The notes below the pieces were generated by a model. The model searched no databases and had not been told where the DNA came from. It saw only the letters and a list, made by a program, of their open reading frames with translations. The translations under genes and the position numbers were made by a program. DNA of 64,000 nucleotides from Nannocystis bainbridge (GTDB lineage: Bacteria > Myxococcota_A > Polyangia > Nannocystales > Nannocystaceae). This document shows positions 30,123-44,050 of the stretch, piece by piece (position 1 is the first letter of the stretch; each line of letters opens with the position of its first letter). The stretch spans positions 992,001 through 1,056,000 of the forward strand of contig NZ_JAQNDL010000002.1 in the NCBI RefSeq assembly GCF_028368995.1. The letters are read 5' to 3'.

Positions 30123-30179
30123 GGCGCTTGGGACCTGTCGGAAAGGACCTGTCGGAAGGGACCTGTCGAAAAGCTCAGG
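30106..30179. repeat. Phased 14-bp array filling the serS-trpS spacer
   Basis: Cores at 30106, 30120, 30134, 30148, 30162 and 30176 (GGACCTGTCG three times). Confidence 0.85.
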
Positions 30180-31548
30180 CGCGGCGGCGGGGGCCGATCA
30201 CCGGCTTGCCGACCAGTGGCTGCAGGACCTCGGGGACGGCGACGGTGCCGTCGGCCTGCTGGTAGTTCTCGAGGATGGCGACGAGGGCCCGCGAGGTGGC
30301 GACGGCGGTGCCGTTCAGCATGTGGACGTGGCGCGGCTTGGGCTTGCCGTCGCCGGCCGGGCGGTAGCGGATCCGCAGGCGGCGGGCCTGGTAGTCGGTG
30401 CAGTTCGAGGTGCTGGTGATCTCGCCGTGGGCGCCGCGGCCGGGCATCCACGCCTCGAGGTCGAACTTGCGGAAGGCGGGGCCGCCGAGGTCGCCGCTGG
30501 CGATGTCGAGGACGCGGTAGGGGATCTTCAGGGCCTGGAAGATCTCCTCTTCGAGGGCGAGCAGGCGCTCGTGCATCGCCTCGCTCTGCTCCGGCGTGGT
30601 GAAGGCGAACAGCTCGACCTTGGTGAACTGGTGCACGCGGTAGAGGCCCTTCGACTCCTGGCCCGAGGAGCCGGCCTCGGTGCGGAAGCAGTGCGACAGG
30701 CCGGCGAGCAGCAGCGGGAGCTGCTCCTCCTCGAGGATCGCGTCGGCGAGCATGCCGCCGAGCGTGATCTCGGCGGTGCCGACCAGGCACAGGTCGCTGT
30801 CGGCGATGCTGTAGACCTGGGTCGACTCGCCGCGCGGCTGGAACCCGAGGCCGCGCAGGATCTCCTCGCGCGCGAGGTCCGGCGTGGTGTGCAGCGTGAA
30901 GCCGTGGCGGGCGGCGACGGCGAGCGCGAAGTGCTGCAGCGCGAGGTCGAGGAGCACCGCCTCGTGCTTGAGGTAGTAGAACTTCTGGCCGGCGACCCGG
31001 GCGCCCGCCTCGAAATCGACGAGGTCGAGCGACTCGGCGACCGCGAGGTGGTCGCGCGGAGCGAAGCCCTCGGCGGGGAAGTCGCGCGGGGTGCCGACGC
31101 GGCGCAGCTCGCGGTGGTCGTCGTCGGTGCGGCCGCGCGGGGTGCTCTCGTGGGTGAGGTTGGGGACGCGGGTCCAGGCCTCGTCGCGGGCGCGCAGGGC
31201 GGCCTCGGTCTGGTCGACGAGAGATCTCTCGTCGGTGCGCAGCTGCTTGCCCTGCTCGATGAGACGGGCCCGTTCGCCGGCCTGCTGGTCCTTGGGCAGC
31301 GCAGCGACCGACTTCATGGCGGCGCTGGTCTGGTTCTGCTGCTGGCGGAGCTCGTCCTGGCGGCGGAGCAGGCCGAGGTAGGCGGCGTCGAGGTCGACGA
31401 GGCGGGCGACGGTCTGCGCGGCCCAGTCGGCGCCCGCGGGGTCGGCGGCGGAGCCAGGGGCGAGGTCCTCGAACACGCGGGCGTGGCGGTCGCGCAGGTT
31501 CTGGGCGATCCGGGCGCTGTCATCGCGGAGGACGTGGATGTCGAGCAT
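30175..31548 (-). CDS. serS: Serine--tRNA ligase
   Basis: MLDI, N-terminal coiled coil, PNL, GTAE, CFRTEAG, GLYRVHQFTKVE, DLEAW, EITSTSNCTDYQARR, LNGT. Confidence 0.97.
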   Translation of the reverse strand: MLDIHVLRDDSARIAQNLRDRHARVFEDLAPGSAADPAGADWAAQTVARLVDLDAAYLGLLRRQDELRQQQNQTSAAMKSVAALPKDQQAGERARLIEQGKQLRTDERSLVDQTEAALRARDEAWTRVPNLTHESTPRGRTDDDHRELRRVGTPRDFPAEGFAPRDHLAVAESLDLVDFEAGARVAGQKFYYLKHEAVLLDLALQHFALAVAARHGFTLHTTPDLAREEILRGLGFQPRGESTQVYSIADSDLCLVGTAEITLGGMLADAILEEEQLPLLLAGLSHCFRTEAGSSGQESKGLYRVHQFTKVELFAFTTPEQSEAMHERLLALEEEIFQALKIPYRVLDIASGDLGGPAFRKFDLEAWMPGRGAHGEITSTSNCTDYQARRLRIRYRPAGDGKPKPRHVHMLNGTAVATSRALVAILENYQQADGTVAVPEVLQPLVGKPVIGPRRRA

Positions 31549-31643
31549 GGGGCGCGGACATTAGCAGGCCCGGCGCGCGGGGGAAGGGGTCGCTCGTGGG
31601 GGCCGCAGCGGGGGCGCGGGGGGCCGTCGGCGGAAATCAGCGC

Positions 31644-31672
31644 TTGACCCAACGGGGCCGCTCACGCATCCT
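31644..31672 (+). promoter_or_regulatory. Putative sigma70-type promoter for the small basic protein gene
   Basis: TTGACC-17 bp-CATCCT in the divergent intergenic region. Confidence 0.4.
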
Positions 31673-31784
31673 ACGCCGCTCCAAAGCGCCGGCCGCCGGC
31701 CGGCCCGGGACCCTCGGGTCGCCCGAATTCGGGCGAATCAGGCCCCGTAGACCAACATTTGCCGCCACAGAGGTCCTTGCCGCC

Positions 31785-31970
31785 ATGGGATACGCAGACA
31801 ACCGCCACACGCCGAAGATGCGCCAGCGCCGGAGCCGGAACAAGCTGATCGCCCGCCTCAAGCGCAAGGCGGCCGAGGTCAAGGCGACCCGCCTGGCCAA
31901 CAAGCAGAACGCCCCGGTCGAGTCCGGCAGCAAGAAGACGAAGACCAAGAAGAAGACCGACAAGGGCTAG
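31785..31970 (+). CDS. Small, extremely basic protein (61 aa)
   Basis: MGYADNRHTPKMRQRRSRNKLIARLKRKAAEVKATRLANKQNAPVESGSKKTKTKKKTDKG; optimal codon usage (AAG/CGC); GAGG upstream. Confidence 0.8.
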   Translation: MGYADNRHTPKMRQRRSRNKLIARLKRKAAEVKATRLANKQNAPVESGSKKTKTKKKTDKG

Positions 31971-31992
31971 TCGGTCGCGGAACGGAGAGGGG

Positions 31993-32113
31993 CCTGTCCC
32001 GAAAGACAGGCCGCGCTCCCTGAGCAGAAGAGAGGCGTTCGTCGGGCGATCTGGCCCGAAGGACAGCCTCTTTTCGTATGCGGCGAGGGTGATGAGCTGT
32101 CCCGAAGGACAGC
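31993..32113. repeat. Three separated 14-bp palindrome units downstream of the small basic protein
   Basis: TGTCCCGAAAGACA (31995), TGGCCCGAAGGACA (32052) and perfect TGTCCCGAAGGACA (32098-32111). Confidence 0.75.
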
Positions 32114-32301
32114 CGAGCTCCTCGGGGGCGCGACAGGCGGGGGAGGCTCGATGGCCCGAGCGACGGGCGAAAATGCGCGCGCCGGGAAGGGTCGCCGGGG
32201 CCGAGGAGCGGGGCCATTCGGGGCGCCAGGGGTCCGAACGGGCCGAAAGTCCGATTTCTTGAGCGCGGGGGGCAGGTACGCCATGGTGGGATAACCCCGC
32301 C

Positions 32302-33879
32302 GTGACCCGCTCCTTTCCTCAGCTCGCCAGCTTCGCCCTCGCCCTGATCACCGCCTACGCGGGCCTGGCGACCGCCGGTCCGCGCTCGCATGGGCAGGCA
32401 CCCGCGCCGCAGACGCTGCGCGGGGCCTTCGAGGCGGACGAGCCGGGGGTGGTGCCGCGGGCCGGAGCGCCGTTCGCGGCGCAGACCTGGCCGCAGCGGG
32501 TGGCGGCGCGCCTGGACGACGTGTCGGCGCGCGCGCAGTCGCGCGGGTGGACGGCCGACCCGGCCGACGACGCCAACCTGCGCCGCAAGCTGGCCGAGCT
32601 GGTCCGTCGCGCCGGCCCCGGGGTCGCGGTCCACGTGGCCGATCTGGACGAAGGGACATGGCTCTTCGACCAGAACGGCGCGGCCCGCCTCAACCCGGCC
32701 TCGAATCAGAAGGTGCTGACGGCCCTCGCGGCGCTCGAGCTGCTGGGCCCCGACTATCGGTTCGAGACCCGGCTGATGCGCGACGGCGACGCGCTGGTGC
32801 TGATCGGCGACGGCGATCCGAGCTTGCAGCTGCAGGGGCTGCACGCGCTGGCGAGCAAGGCGCTGGCCGCCGATGCGCTGGCCGGCGTGCGGCGGATCGT
32901 GATCGACGAGCGGGCCTTCTCGCCCGAGCGGTTCGGGCCCGGCTACGAGGAGCCGGCGGGCGCGGGTCCGAGTTATCTGGCGCCGAGCGGGGCGCTGTCG
33001 CTGAGCTTCAACACGGTCGAGACGACGGTGCGCACCGACGGCAAGACGGTCCACGTCGAGGTGTCGCCGGCGAGCGAGCACGTGACGGTGGTCGCCAGGG
33101 CGCGACCGCTCCGCGGGCGCGCGCTCGAGGTGACGAGCACGTGCGCGGGCGGGCAGACGGTGCTGACGGTGACCGGCGCGGCCAAGCGCAAGCCGATCAC
33201 GGTGCGGCGACGGATCTGCGATCCGGGCCAGTTCGCGGGCGAGGCGTTCGCGGCGGTGCTGCACGAGCTCGGCGGGCCGCTGCTGCCGGTCGAGCGCGGG
33301 GCGGCGTCGGCCCACGCGCGCGAGGTGGCGACGCGGACTTCGCCGCCGCTGGCGCAGATCCTGGCGAGCGCGCTCAAGTACTCGAACAACTTCACGAGCG
33401 AGCAGGTGCTGCGCACGCTCGGGCGCCGGATGTCCGGAGAGCCAGGTTCGTGGGACAACGGGCGCGCGGCGCTGCAGGCGTTCTGGCGCGCGGCCGGCAA
33501 CGACCCGCGCGAGCTGCAGCCGGAGAACGGCTCGGGCCTGAGCCTGCGCGGCCGCGTGAGCGCGCGCGGGCTGGTCCGCGTGCTGGCGCTGGCCCGTGAC
33601 GAGGGCGCGGCGGCGGCCAGCATCGTGCCGGCGCTGGCCGGCGCGGGCGGCGAGGGGACGCTGCGCCTGCGCATGCCGGGCGGTCGCGGCCGCGTGCGCG
33701 GGAAGACCGGGACGATCGGTGGCGTGAGCGCGCTGTCGGGGATCGCGGCGACGCCCGACGGCCGGCGAGCGCTCGGCTTCAGCGTGCTGATCAACGGCAA
33801 GAACCTGGCGATGCCGCGCAGCCGCGCGCTGCAAGACCGCATCGTCCTGGCGCTGCTCGAGCACCTCGACGCCCGCTGA
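32302..33879 (+). CDS. dacB: D-Ala-D-Ala carboxypeptidase/endopeptidase (PBP4, peptidase S13)
   Basis: PASNQK (SxxK), GDGDPSL, SNN (SxN), NGSGLS, GKTGT. Confidence 0.93.
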   Translation: MTRSFPQLASFALALITAYAGLATAGPRSHGQAPAPQTLRGAFEADEPGVVPRAGAPFAAQTWPQRVAARLDDVSARAQSRGWTADPADDANLRRKLAELVRRAGPGVAVHVADLDEGTWLFDQNGAARLNPASNQKVLTALAALELLGPDYRFETRLMRDGDALVLIGDGDPSLQLQGLHALASKALAADALAGVRRIVIDERAFSPERFGPGYEEPAGAGPSYLAPSGALSLSFNTVETTVRTDGKTVHVEVSPASEHVTVVARARPLRGRALEVTSTCAGGQTVLTVTGAAKRKPITVRRRICDPGQFAGEAFAAVLHELGGPLLPVERGAASAHAREVATRTSPPLAQILASALKYSNNFTSEQVLRTLGRRMSGEPGSWDNGRAALQAFWRAAGNDPRELQPENGSGLSLRGRVSARGLVRVLALARDEGAAAASIVPALAGAGGEGTLRLRMPGGRGRVRGKTGTIGGVSALSGIAATPDGRRALGFSVLINGKNLAMPRSRALQDRIVLALLEHLDAR

Positions 33880-33901
33880 ACGCCGCGTGAAGGCGATACT
33901 G

Positions 33902-34085
33902 GCGGTCTGAAAGGACATGTTCCGAAGGACCTGGTGCATGAGACAGGTCTGAAGAGGCATGTCCTCGAGGACAGTTGGCGTGCCCGCGGGAGACCGCGGA
34001 CAGACACGGTAGCGACAGGTGCGAAGGGCCTGTTCTCTCCCTGGTGCAGAGAGCAGGTCTGAAAGAGCAGGTCCCGAGGGTCAGG
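33902..34085. repeat. Phased 14-bp arrays between dacB and ddl
   Basis: Cores at 33916, 33930, 33944, 33958, 33972; and 34040, 34054, 34068, 34082. Confidence 0.85.
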
Positions 34086-34338
34086 TCGCTCGCATGCCGA
34101 GGGCTCGGCGGATCGGGCGGGCCTCACGGACCACGGGAGAGCCCAGGGGCGACCGGCGCGAGGCGACCTGGCGAAAGAGACAGGTCCGTGGCCGACGCGT
34201 CGTCTGCGGGCGGGCGAGGGTCCGGAGATCGGTCAGCCAGACCCGGCGGGCGACCGGGAATGACGGCCGCAGGCCCGCGCGTCGAGTCAGGGCGCCGTAT
34301 CGCCATCGCCGTCGCGCGGTGGTAGCGTCCCCCAGCCC

Positions 34339-35394
34339 ATGCCAGCTCGACGTCTCCTCATCGTCTTCGGCGGTCGCTCCTCGGAGCACGAGATCTCGCT
34401 CCGCAGCGCGGCCGAGATCCTCAAGGCCATCGATCACCAGCGGTTCACGCCGGTCTTGCTCGGGATCCGGCGCGACGGCGGCTGGTGGACGGGACCGGCG
34501 GAGTGGTCGCTGGAGGCGGTGCTCGAGAGCGGCGAGCCGGTGGGCGACCTGCGCCAGCTGGCGCCCGACCTGGTGTTCCCGGTGCTGCACGGGCCCTACG
34601 GCGAGGACGGGACGTTCCAGGGGCTGCTCGAGGTGCTGGGCCTGCCGTACGTCGGCTCGGGCGTGCTGGCCTCGGCGCTGTGCATGGACAAGGCGCTGCT
34701 CAAGCACCTGCTGGGCACGCAGGCGGCGGCCATCCCCGGCGTGCCGTGGCTCGAGGTCGACGCCCATGGGCTCGGCACGGCGGGACAGCGGCAGGAGATC
34801 TGCGACGCGATCGTCGAGGAGGTCGGGTTCCCCTGCTTCGTCAAGCCGGCCAACCAGGGCAGCTCGGTGGGCATCAGCCGCGTCGACGAGGAGGCCGGGC
34901 TGTGGCGGGCGCTGACATTGGCGGCCCGCTACGACGCCAAGCTGGTGGTCGAGAAGGGCATCGACGCCCGCGAGATCGAGCTGGCGGTGCTCGGCAACGG
35001 CGACGGGCACACGCTGGTCAGCCCGCCCGGCGAGATCGGGCTGCCGGCGGGCGAGTGGTACGACTACGAGAACAAGTACCTGAAGGACGCGGCGACCCTG
35101 CAGATCCCCGCCGACCTGCCCGAGGCGACCGCCGAACGCCTGCGCGACCTGGCCCTGCGCGCGTTCCGGGTCGCCGGCTGCAAGGGCCTGGCCCGCATCG
35201 ATTTCCTGGTCGACCGCCACACACTGCAGCCGTACCTCAACGAGATCAACACGATGCCCGGCTTCACGACGATCAGCATGTACCCCAAGCTGATCGAGCG
35301 GGCCGGCGTGCCGTACGCCGAGCTGATCAGCCAGCTTTGCGATCTGGCGCTGGCCCACCACGCGGCCCGCGGCAAGCTCAGCGTGACGCGCTGA
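34339..35394 (+). CDS. ddl: D-alanine--D-alanine ligase
   Basis: FGGRSSEHEIS, LHGPYGEDG, FVKPANQGSSVG, YDYENKY, NEINTMPG. Confidence 0.96.
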   Translation: MPARRLLIVFGGRSSEHEISLRSAAEILKAIDHQRFTPVLLGIRRDGGWWTGPAEWSLEAVLESGEPVGDLRQLAPDLVFPVLHGPYGEDGTFQGLLEVLGLPYVGSGVLASALCMDKALLKHLLGTQAAAIPGVPWLEVDAHGLGTAGQRQEICDAIVEEVGFPCFVKPANQGSSVGISRVDEEAGLWRALTLAARYDAKLVVEKGIDAREIELAVLGNGDGHTLVSPPGEIGLPAGEWYDYENKYLKDAATLQIPADLPEATAERLRDLALRAFRVAGCKGLARIDFLVDRHTLQPYLNEINTMPGFTTISMYPKLIERAGVPYAELISQLCDLALAHHAARGKLSVTR

Positions 35395-35445
35395 CGTACG
35401 GGCGGCACGCTCGCAGGAGCTTGCGCGCGTGCGGCCCACGTACGA

Positions 35446-35578
35446 CGTGCCCTGAAGGACATGTCGCCATGGACATGTCGGAATGGTCATGTTGTCGCGG
35501 CTTCAGGCTCGCCCCGGACATGTCCCTCGTGGCATGTCCGATGGACCATGCGCTTCAGAGCATGGTCCAGGGGACACG
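35446..35578. repeat. Phased 14-bp arrays between convergent genes
   Basis: Cores at 35446, 35460, 35474, 35488; and 35519, 35533, 35547, 35561, 35575. Confidence 0.85.
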
Positions 35579-35929
35579 TTCGCCCCAGCCGAAGGCGGCC
35601 ATCAGGGCGGCGAACGCCAGGATGTTGAGCAGCCAGATCAGCGCGGCGAGGGCGACGGAGCCGAGCCAGCCGGTCTGGGCGACGGCGCGGCGCGGGTGCC
35701 AGTGGACCCACCCGAGCAGGTAGACCGGCGCGAACGCCAGCCACAGCGCGCCCTGGCCGACCAGCAGCGCGGTCACCAGGGACTCGTGGGCGTCGGGGCA
35801 GGTGCGGGCGAGCAGGGCGAGGACCACCAGCGTCGCCGCGGTAGCGAGGCCCGCGGGGGCGAAGGCCAGCAGGAACACGCGATCGATCGGCCACAGCAGG
35901 TTGTCGGTGCTCGGCGCGGGATCCGGCAT
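35555..35929 (-). CDS. Small membrane protein (3 TM)
   Basis: Three hydrophobic segments; co-oriented with the TerB-like gene; its 3' end runs into the 14-bp array. Confidence 0.6.
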   Translation of the reverse strand: MPDPAPSTDNLLWPIDRVFLLAFAPAGLATAATLVVLALLARTCPDAHESLVTALLVGQGALWLAFAPVYLLGWVHWHPRRAVAQTGWLGSVALAALIWLLNILAFAALMAAFGWGERVPWTML

Positions 35930-35978
35930 GCTCTCAGTGTCCCCGCGGTCGGGCACCCGGGCAAGCCGCGGCGGCGCT

Positions 35979-36698
35979 TCAGGCGAACAGCAGGCGCAGC
36001 GCTTCGTCGCGCGGGACGGCGGCGAACGCCGCCAGCTCGAGGAAGAAATCGCGGCCGAGGTCGGCGCGGCTCGAGGCCGACACCAGCGGACCTATCGCCC
36101 GCAGCACGGCGAAGCGGCGCTCGCGCGGGAGGGCCGCGAGGCGGGCGCCGACGTGATCGAGCTCGGGCCGCTTCGCCAGGTACTCGCGCGCCAGCACCTC
36201 GCGGCGCTCGGGCGTGAGCGGCTGGCGGTCCAGCAGCGCGCGGTACTGATCGATCTCCTCGGGGTCGAGCACGCCGTCGAGGTGGATCATCACCGCCGCG
36301 AAGGCGGCGATGTGTTCGCCGAGGTCGGCGGCCTGCTCGGTCCACTGCCGGCGCCAGCGCGCCAGCTCGTTGGGCGTGACGCCGAGCTGCGCGGCGATCC
36401 GCTCCATCATCGCGACCTCGGCCGCGCTCGCTTCCCCGTCGGCGAGGGCCATCGCCCACGCGCGCTCGAGCGTGGTCTCGGTGAAGGCCGGCAGCGGCGG
36501 CGGGAGGTCCTCGAAGACGACGTGGAGCGCGTCGAGGTCGCCGAGCATCTTGAACCACCGCCGACTCTCGGCCTCGTCGAGGTGCTCATCGAGCATCGTC
36601 AGGATCAGGTCGGCCTCACCAGGCTTGATCTCGCCGTCGGCGTGGGCGATGAGGCCGCAGGCGACGAGGATCCACTCCTGCTCGGGGGTCAGGTGCAT
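35979..36698 (-). CDS. Tandem TerB-family (tellurite resistance B-like) protein
   Basis: IAHADGEIKPGE, ALADGEASAAE...IAAQLG, and a second repeat MIHLDGVLDPEE. Confidence 0.8.
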   Translation of the reverse strand: MHLTPEQEWILVACGLIAHADGEIKPGEADLILTMLDEHLDEAESRRWFKMLGDLDALHVVFEDLPPPLPAFTETTLERAWAMALADGEASAAEVAMMERIAAQLGVTPNELARWRRQWTEQAADLGEHIAAFAAVMIHLDGVLDPEEIDQYRALLDRQPLTPERREVLAREYLAKRPELDHVGARLAALPRERRFAVLRAIGPLVSASSRADLGRDFFLELAAFAAVPRDEALRLLFA

Positions 36699-36800
36699 GG
36701 CGCGTCTCCGCGGCCAGCGTACAACGGATCGACCGCGCCGGGGCCGACGCGGCCGGTTGCGCGTGGGCGTGAGATCGCGCCCGTCGAATGTGCCTCGACG

Positions 36801-38171
36801 TCAGCCCGCGGCGCCGCAGTAGCGGAGGCACTCTTCGGGCGGGTCGGCCAGTTTGTACACGTAGTACTCGCCGCAGTTCCGCACCTGGATCTGGGTCTCC
36901 CAGTCGCACTGGGTGTCCCACGTGAAGCAGACCTGACGATCGACCACGCCGTCGTCGACGACCGGGTGGACGCCGACCATCCAGCCGGGAGCGTCGGTGC
37001 CGCAGGAGAATGGCGCGGGCGGGACGGTCGGCATCTGCGTGCCGGCCGGGCCGGTGAGGCGGTACCACTTGTTCTCGAGCAGCTTGTCACACTTGGTGAC
37101 CTTGCCCGGGCCGTCGTTGAAGGTCGCGATGCGATCGGGCTCGGCGAGCGTGACGTAGCCGAGGCACTCGGCGGGCAGCTCCTTCTGGCACTGCTCGTCG
37201 CAGCCGTCGAGCGGGACGAGGTTGCCGTCGTCGCACGTCTCGAGGTCCGGCTCGATCAGGCCGTCGCCGCAGCGCGGCCCGAGCGAGGCGCAGCCGGGGG
37301 CGCAGCCGTCGTAGCTGCCGTCGTTGACGCCGTCGTCGCAGGCCTCGTCGCTGTTGTGGACGAAGCCGTCGCCGCAGCTGGCCTGCGTGCAGTCGACCAG
37401 GCAGTCGTCGTTGTTGTCGAGGTTGCCGTCGTCGCAGGCCTCCTCGCCGGTCCACAGGTAGCCGTCGCCGCAGGTGGCCGTCATGCACTCGACGCAGCCG
37501 TCGTCGGTGCTGAGGTTGGCGTCGTCGCACTCCTCGAACACCGCGTGGGTGAAGCCGTCGCCGCACGAGTCGGGCTGGCAGGTCGAGAGGCAGTTGTCGT
37601 CGTCGAGGGTGTTGCCGTCGTCGCAGGCCTCGCCGTCGTCGACCTTGCCGTTGCCGCACAGCATCACCGGGGCGACCTCGCACGCGACCGTGCAGCCGTC
37701 GTCGTCCTGCTCGTTGCCGTCGTCGCAGGCCTCGGCGCCGAGCTGGACGAAGCCGTCGCCGCAGCGGGCCTCCTGACACAGCGCGGTGCAGGTGTCGGAG
37801 TTGTCGGTGTTGCCGTCGTCGCAGGCCTCGGCGCCGGCCTGGACGAAGCCGTCGCCGCACACCGCGAGCACGCAGTTGCTGAGGCAGGCGTCGGAGTTGT
37901 CGAGGTTGCCGTCGTCGCAGGCCTCGCCGGGATCGAGCTCACCGTTGCCGCACTGCAGCTCGGCGCCGGTGCTCGGGTCGGTGGTCGTGGTCGGCTCGCT
38001 GGCGCCGGTCGAGGTGCTGCCCGAGGTGTCACCCTCGGTGACGAGCGAGCCGCTGGCGTCGGTGACGGGGGTCTGGCCGGTGTCGTCGGTGCAGCCCTGC
38101 TGCAGCGCGAGCGCGCCCGCCAGCAGCACCGTCAAACCCGCCCGTTGCCCGCCGCGTCCCGTCCAAGCCAT
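36801..38171 (-). CDS. Lipoprotein with myxobacterial Cys-rich repeats (DUF4215-like) and a C-terminal uromodulin/GP2 D8C-like domain
   Basis: Lipobox-like LQQGC; about 8 CGDG...EACDDGN...C repeats; C-terminus CDKLLENKWYRLTG...CGTDAPGWMVGVHP...VDRQVC...IQVRNCGEYYVYKL...CLRYCG. Confidence 0.9.
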   Translation of the reverse strand: MAWTGRGGQRAGLTVLLAGALALQQGCTDDTGQTPVTDASGSLVTEGDTSGSTSTGASEPTTTTDPSTGAELQCGNGELDPGEACDDGNLDNSDACLSNCVLAVCGDGFVQAGAEACDDGNTDNSDTCTALCQEARCGDGFVQLGAEACDDGNEQDDDGCTVACEVAPVMLCGNGKVDDGEACDDGNTLDDDNCLSTCQPDSCGDGFTHAVFEECDDANLSTDDGCVECMTATCGDGYLWTGEEACDDGNLDNNDDCLVDCTQASCGDGFVHNSDEACDDGVNDGSYDGCAPGCASLGPRCGDGLIEPDLETCDDGNLVPLDGCDEQCQKELPAECLGYVTLAEPDRIATFNDGPGKVTKCDKLLENKWYRLTGPAGTQMPTVPPAPFSCGTDAPGWMVGVHPVVDDGVVDRQVCFTWDTQCDWETQIQVRNCGEYYVYKLADPPEECLRYCGAAG

Positions 38172-38340
38172 GTTTTTCCACTACCACCGATCCCGGGGAC
38201 CGGCAACCGCGGGCCCGGACGTGCATGTCGCGAGCGTAACGAAAGCGCGGAGCGCTGACGTGCCCGCGCGGATCTCGATCTACTTTCTATCAACCACTCG
38301 CGCCGGCGCGCGCATGAACTGTCCCAAAGGACAGGTCACT

Positions 38341-38559
38341 TCAACGCGCGCGATAGACGATGCGACCGCGCGTCGGATCGTACGGGGTCACGCCGACGGT
38401 GACGCGATCGCCGAGCACGACCTTGATGCGAAAGCGCCGCATCTTGCCGGCGAGGTGGGCGAGGACGCGATGGTCCGGATCGATCTCCACCTTGAACAAT
38501 CCCCCTGTGAGAACCTCGGTGACTGTTCCCTCAAATTCGATCAGGTCGTCCTTACTCAT
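38341..38559 (-). CDS. infA: Translation initiation factor IF-1
   Basis: MSKDDLIEFEGTVTEVL...LAHLAGKMRRFRIKVVLGDRV...PYDPTRGRIVYR, 72 aa. Confidence 0.97.
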   Translation of the reverse strand: MSKDDLIEFEGTVTEVLTGGLFKVEIDPDHRVLAHLAGKMRRFRIKVVLGDRVTVGVTPYDPTRGRIVYRAR

Positions 38560-38736
38560 TCGCGGGGAGAGTATGGGGCCCTCCGGTGTCGCGCAACGGG
38601 GGGACGACGGGATTTCAGCGGAGCCCCGTCACGCACGCGGGCGATAGGAGGCACCGTCACGCTCGTGCGTCGGCGAAATCTCGTGCGTTTGCGCGCGACT
38701 TCGCGGCGGCCGTTCGCTCGGTCGCCGACGCCAGTC

Positions 38737-39420
38737 TCACGCGCCGGTCGGCGCGGTGAGCAGGTCACGCGCCACGAGCAGGTCGACGATCGCGGCGGCG
38801 TGCTCGTCCGGCGAGGCGCCGACAGCGACGCGCGGATCGGCCGGGCTCGCATCGGCGGCGGCGTGCTTCGAGCTCACGTCGGCGTGAAACAGCAGGTGCA
38901 AGTCCGGCGCGTCCGGCGGCTCGTAGGGGGCGTCGATGCCGCTGAAGTCGGCGATCTCGCCGGCGCGGGCGCGGCGGTAGAGGCCCTTGGGGTCGCGGGA
39001 CTCGCACACGGCGAGCGGGGCGTCGACGAACACCTCGAGGAAACAGCCGGCGGGGAAGCGCTCGCGCACGCGGGCCCGGTCGTCGCGGTAGGGGCTGATC
39101 GCGGCGACCAGGACGATGAGGCCCGCGTCCTGCAACAGGCGCGCGGCCTCGCCGAGGCGGCGCACGTTCTCGGCCCGATCTTCGGGCGAGAAGCCGAGAT
39201 CTCGACACAGACCGAAGCGCAGGTTGTCGCCGTCGAGGATGTAGCTGTGGCGCCCGCGGGCGTGGAGCTGGGCGTCGACCTGCGCGGCGATCGTGCTCTT
39301 GCCGGCGCCCGAGAGGCCGGTGAGCCAGACGACGGCGCCGCGCTGACCGAGCCGCTGGGCCCGCTCCTCGGGGCCGATCGCGGCGTGGTGCCAGCGAACG
39401 TTGCTCGCGACCTGGTTCAA
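38737..39420 (-). CDS. cysC: Adenylyl-sulfate kinase
   Basis: [47 protein letters not shown]. Confidence 0.95.
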   Translation of the reverse strand: MNQVASNVRWHHAAIGPEERAQRLGQRGAVVWLTGLSGAGKSTIAAQVDAQLHARGRHSYILDGDNLRFGLCRDLGFSPEDRAENVRRLGEAARLLQDAGLIVLVAAISPYRDDRARVRERFPAGCFLEVFVDAPLAVCESRDPKGLYRRARAGEIADFSGIDAPYEPPDAPDLHLLFHADVSSKHAAADASPADPRVAVGASPDEHAAAIVDLLVARDLLTAPTGA

Positions 39421-39501
39421 GGGACCACCACTTATGACACACCGGACCCGCGGCGCCCAGGCCGATCCGCCGCGGCCGCGCCGAGAAACGGCCCGGGGTT
39501 C

Positions 39502-39529
39502 TTGACCTGGATCGCTCCGCGGGTAACCT
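39502..39529 (+). promoter_or_regulatory. Putative sigma70-type promoter for the topoisomerase operon
   Basis: TTGACC-16 bp-TAACCT, about 95 bp upstream of the start. Confidence 0.4.
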
Positions 39530-39623
39530 TCGGCCGCGCCTGAAACGCCCCCATGCGGGCGAGACGGGCGCCTTCGGCCGCGCAGGAGCAGTTTCCGGCG
39601 CGGCCAACCCTCGGGAGCGCAGG

Positions 39624-44022
<4,399 letters not shown>

Positions 44023-44050
44023 GCGGGGCAGGGCGCGCCCGGAATGGCGG

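Noticed and set aside
34339-35394. ddl next to dacB as a glycopeptide-resistance (Van) cluster
   Set aside because: The omega loop has YDYENKY, typical of D-Ala-D-Ala ligases, and there are no vanH/vanX/vanRS genes.
37180-37960. Repeated GTTGCCGTCGTCGCAGGCCTC DNA motifs
   Set aside because: They are coding repeats of the Cys-rich EACDDGN protein motif, not an independent DNA element.
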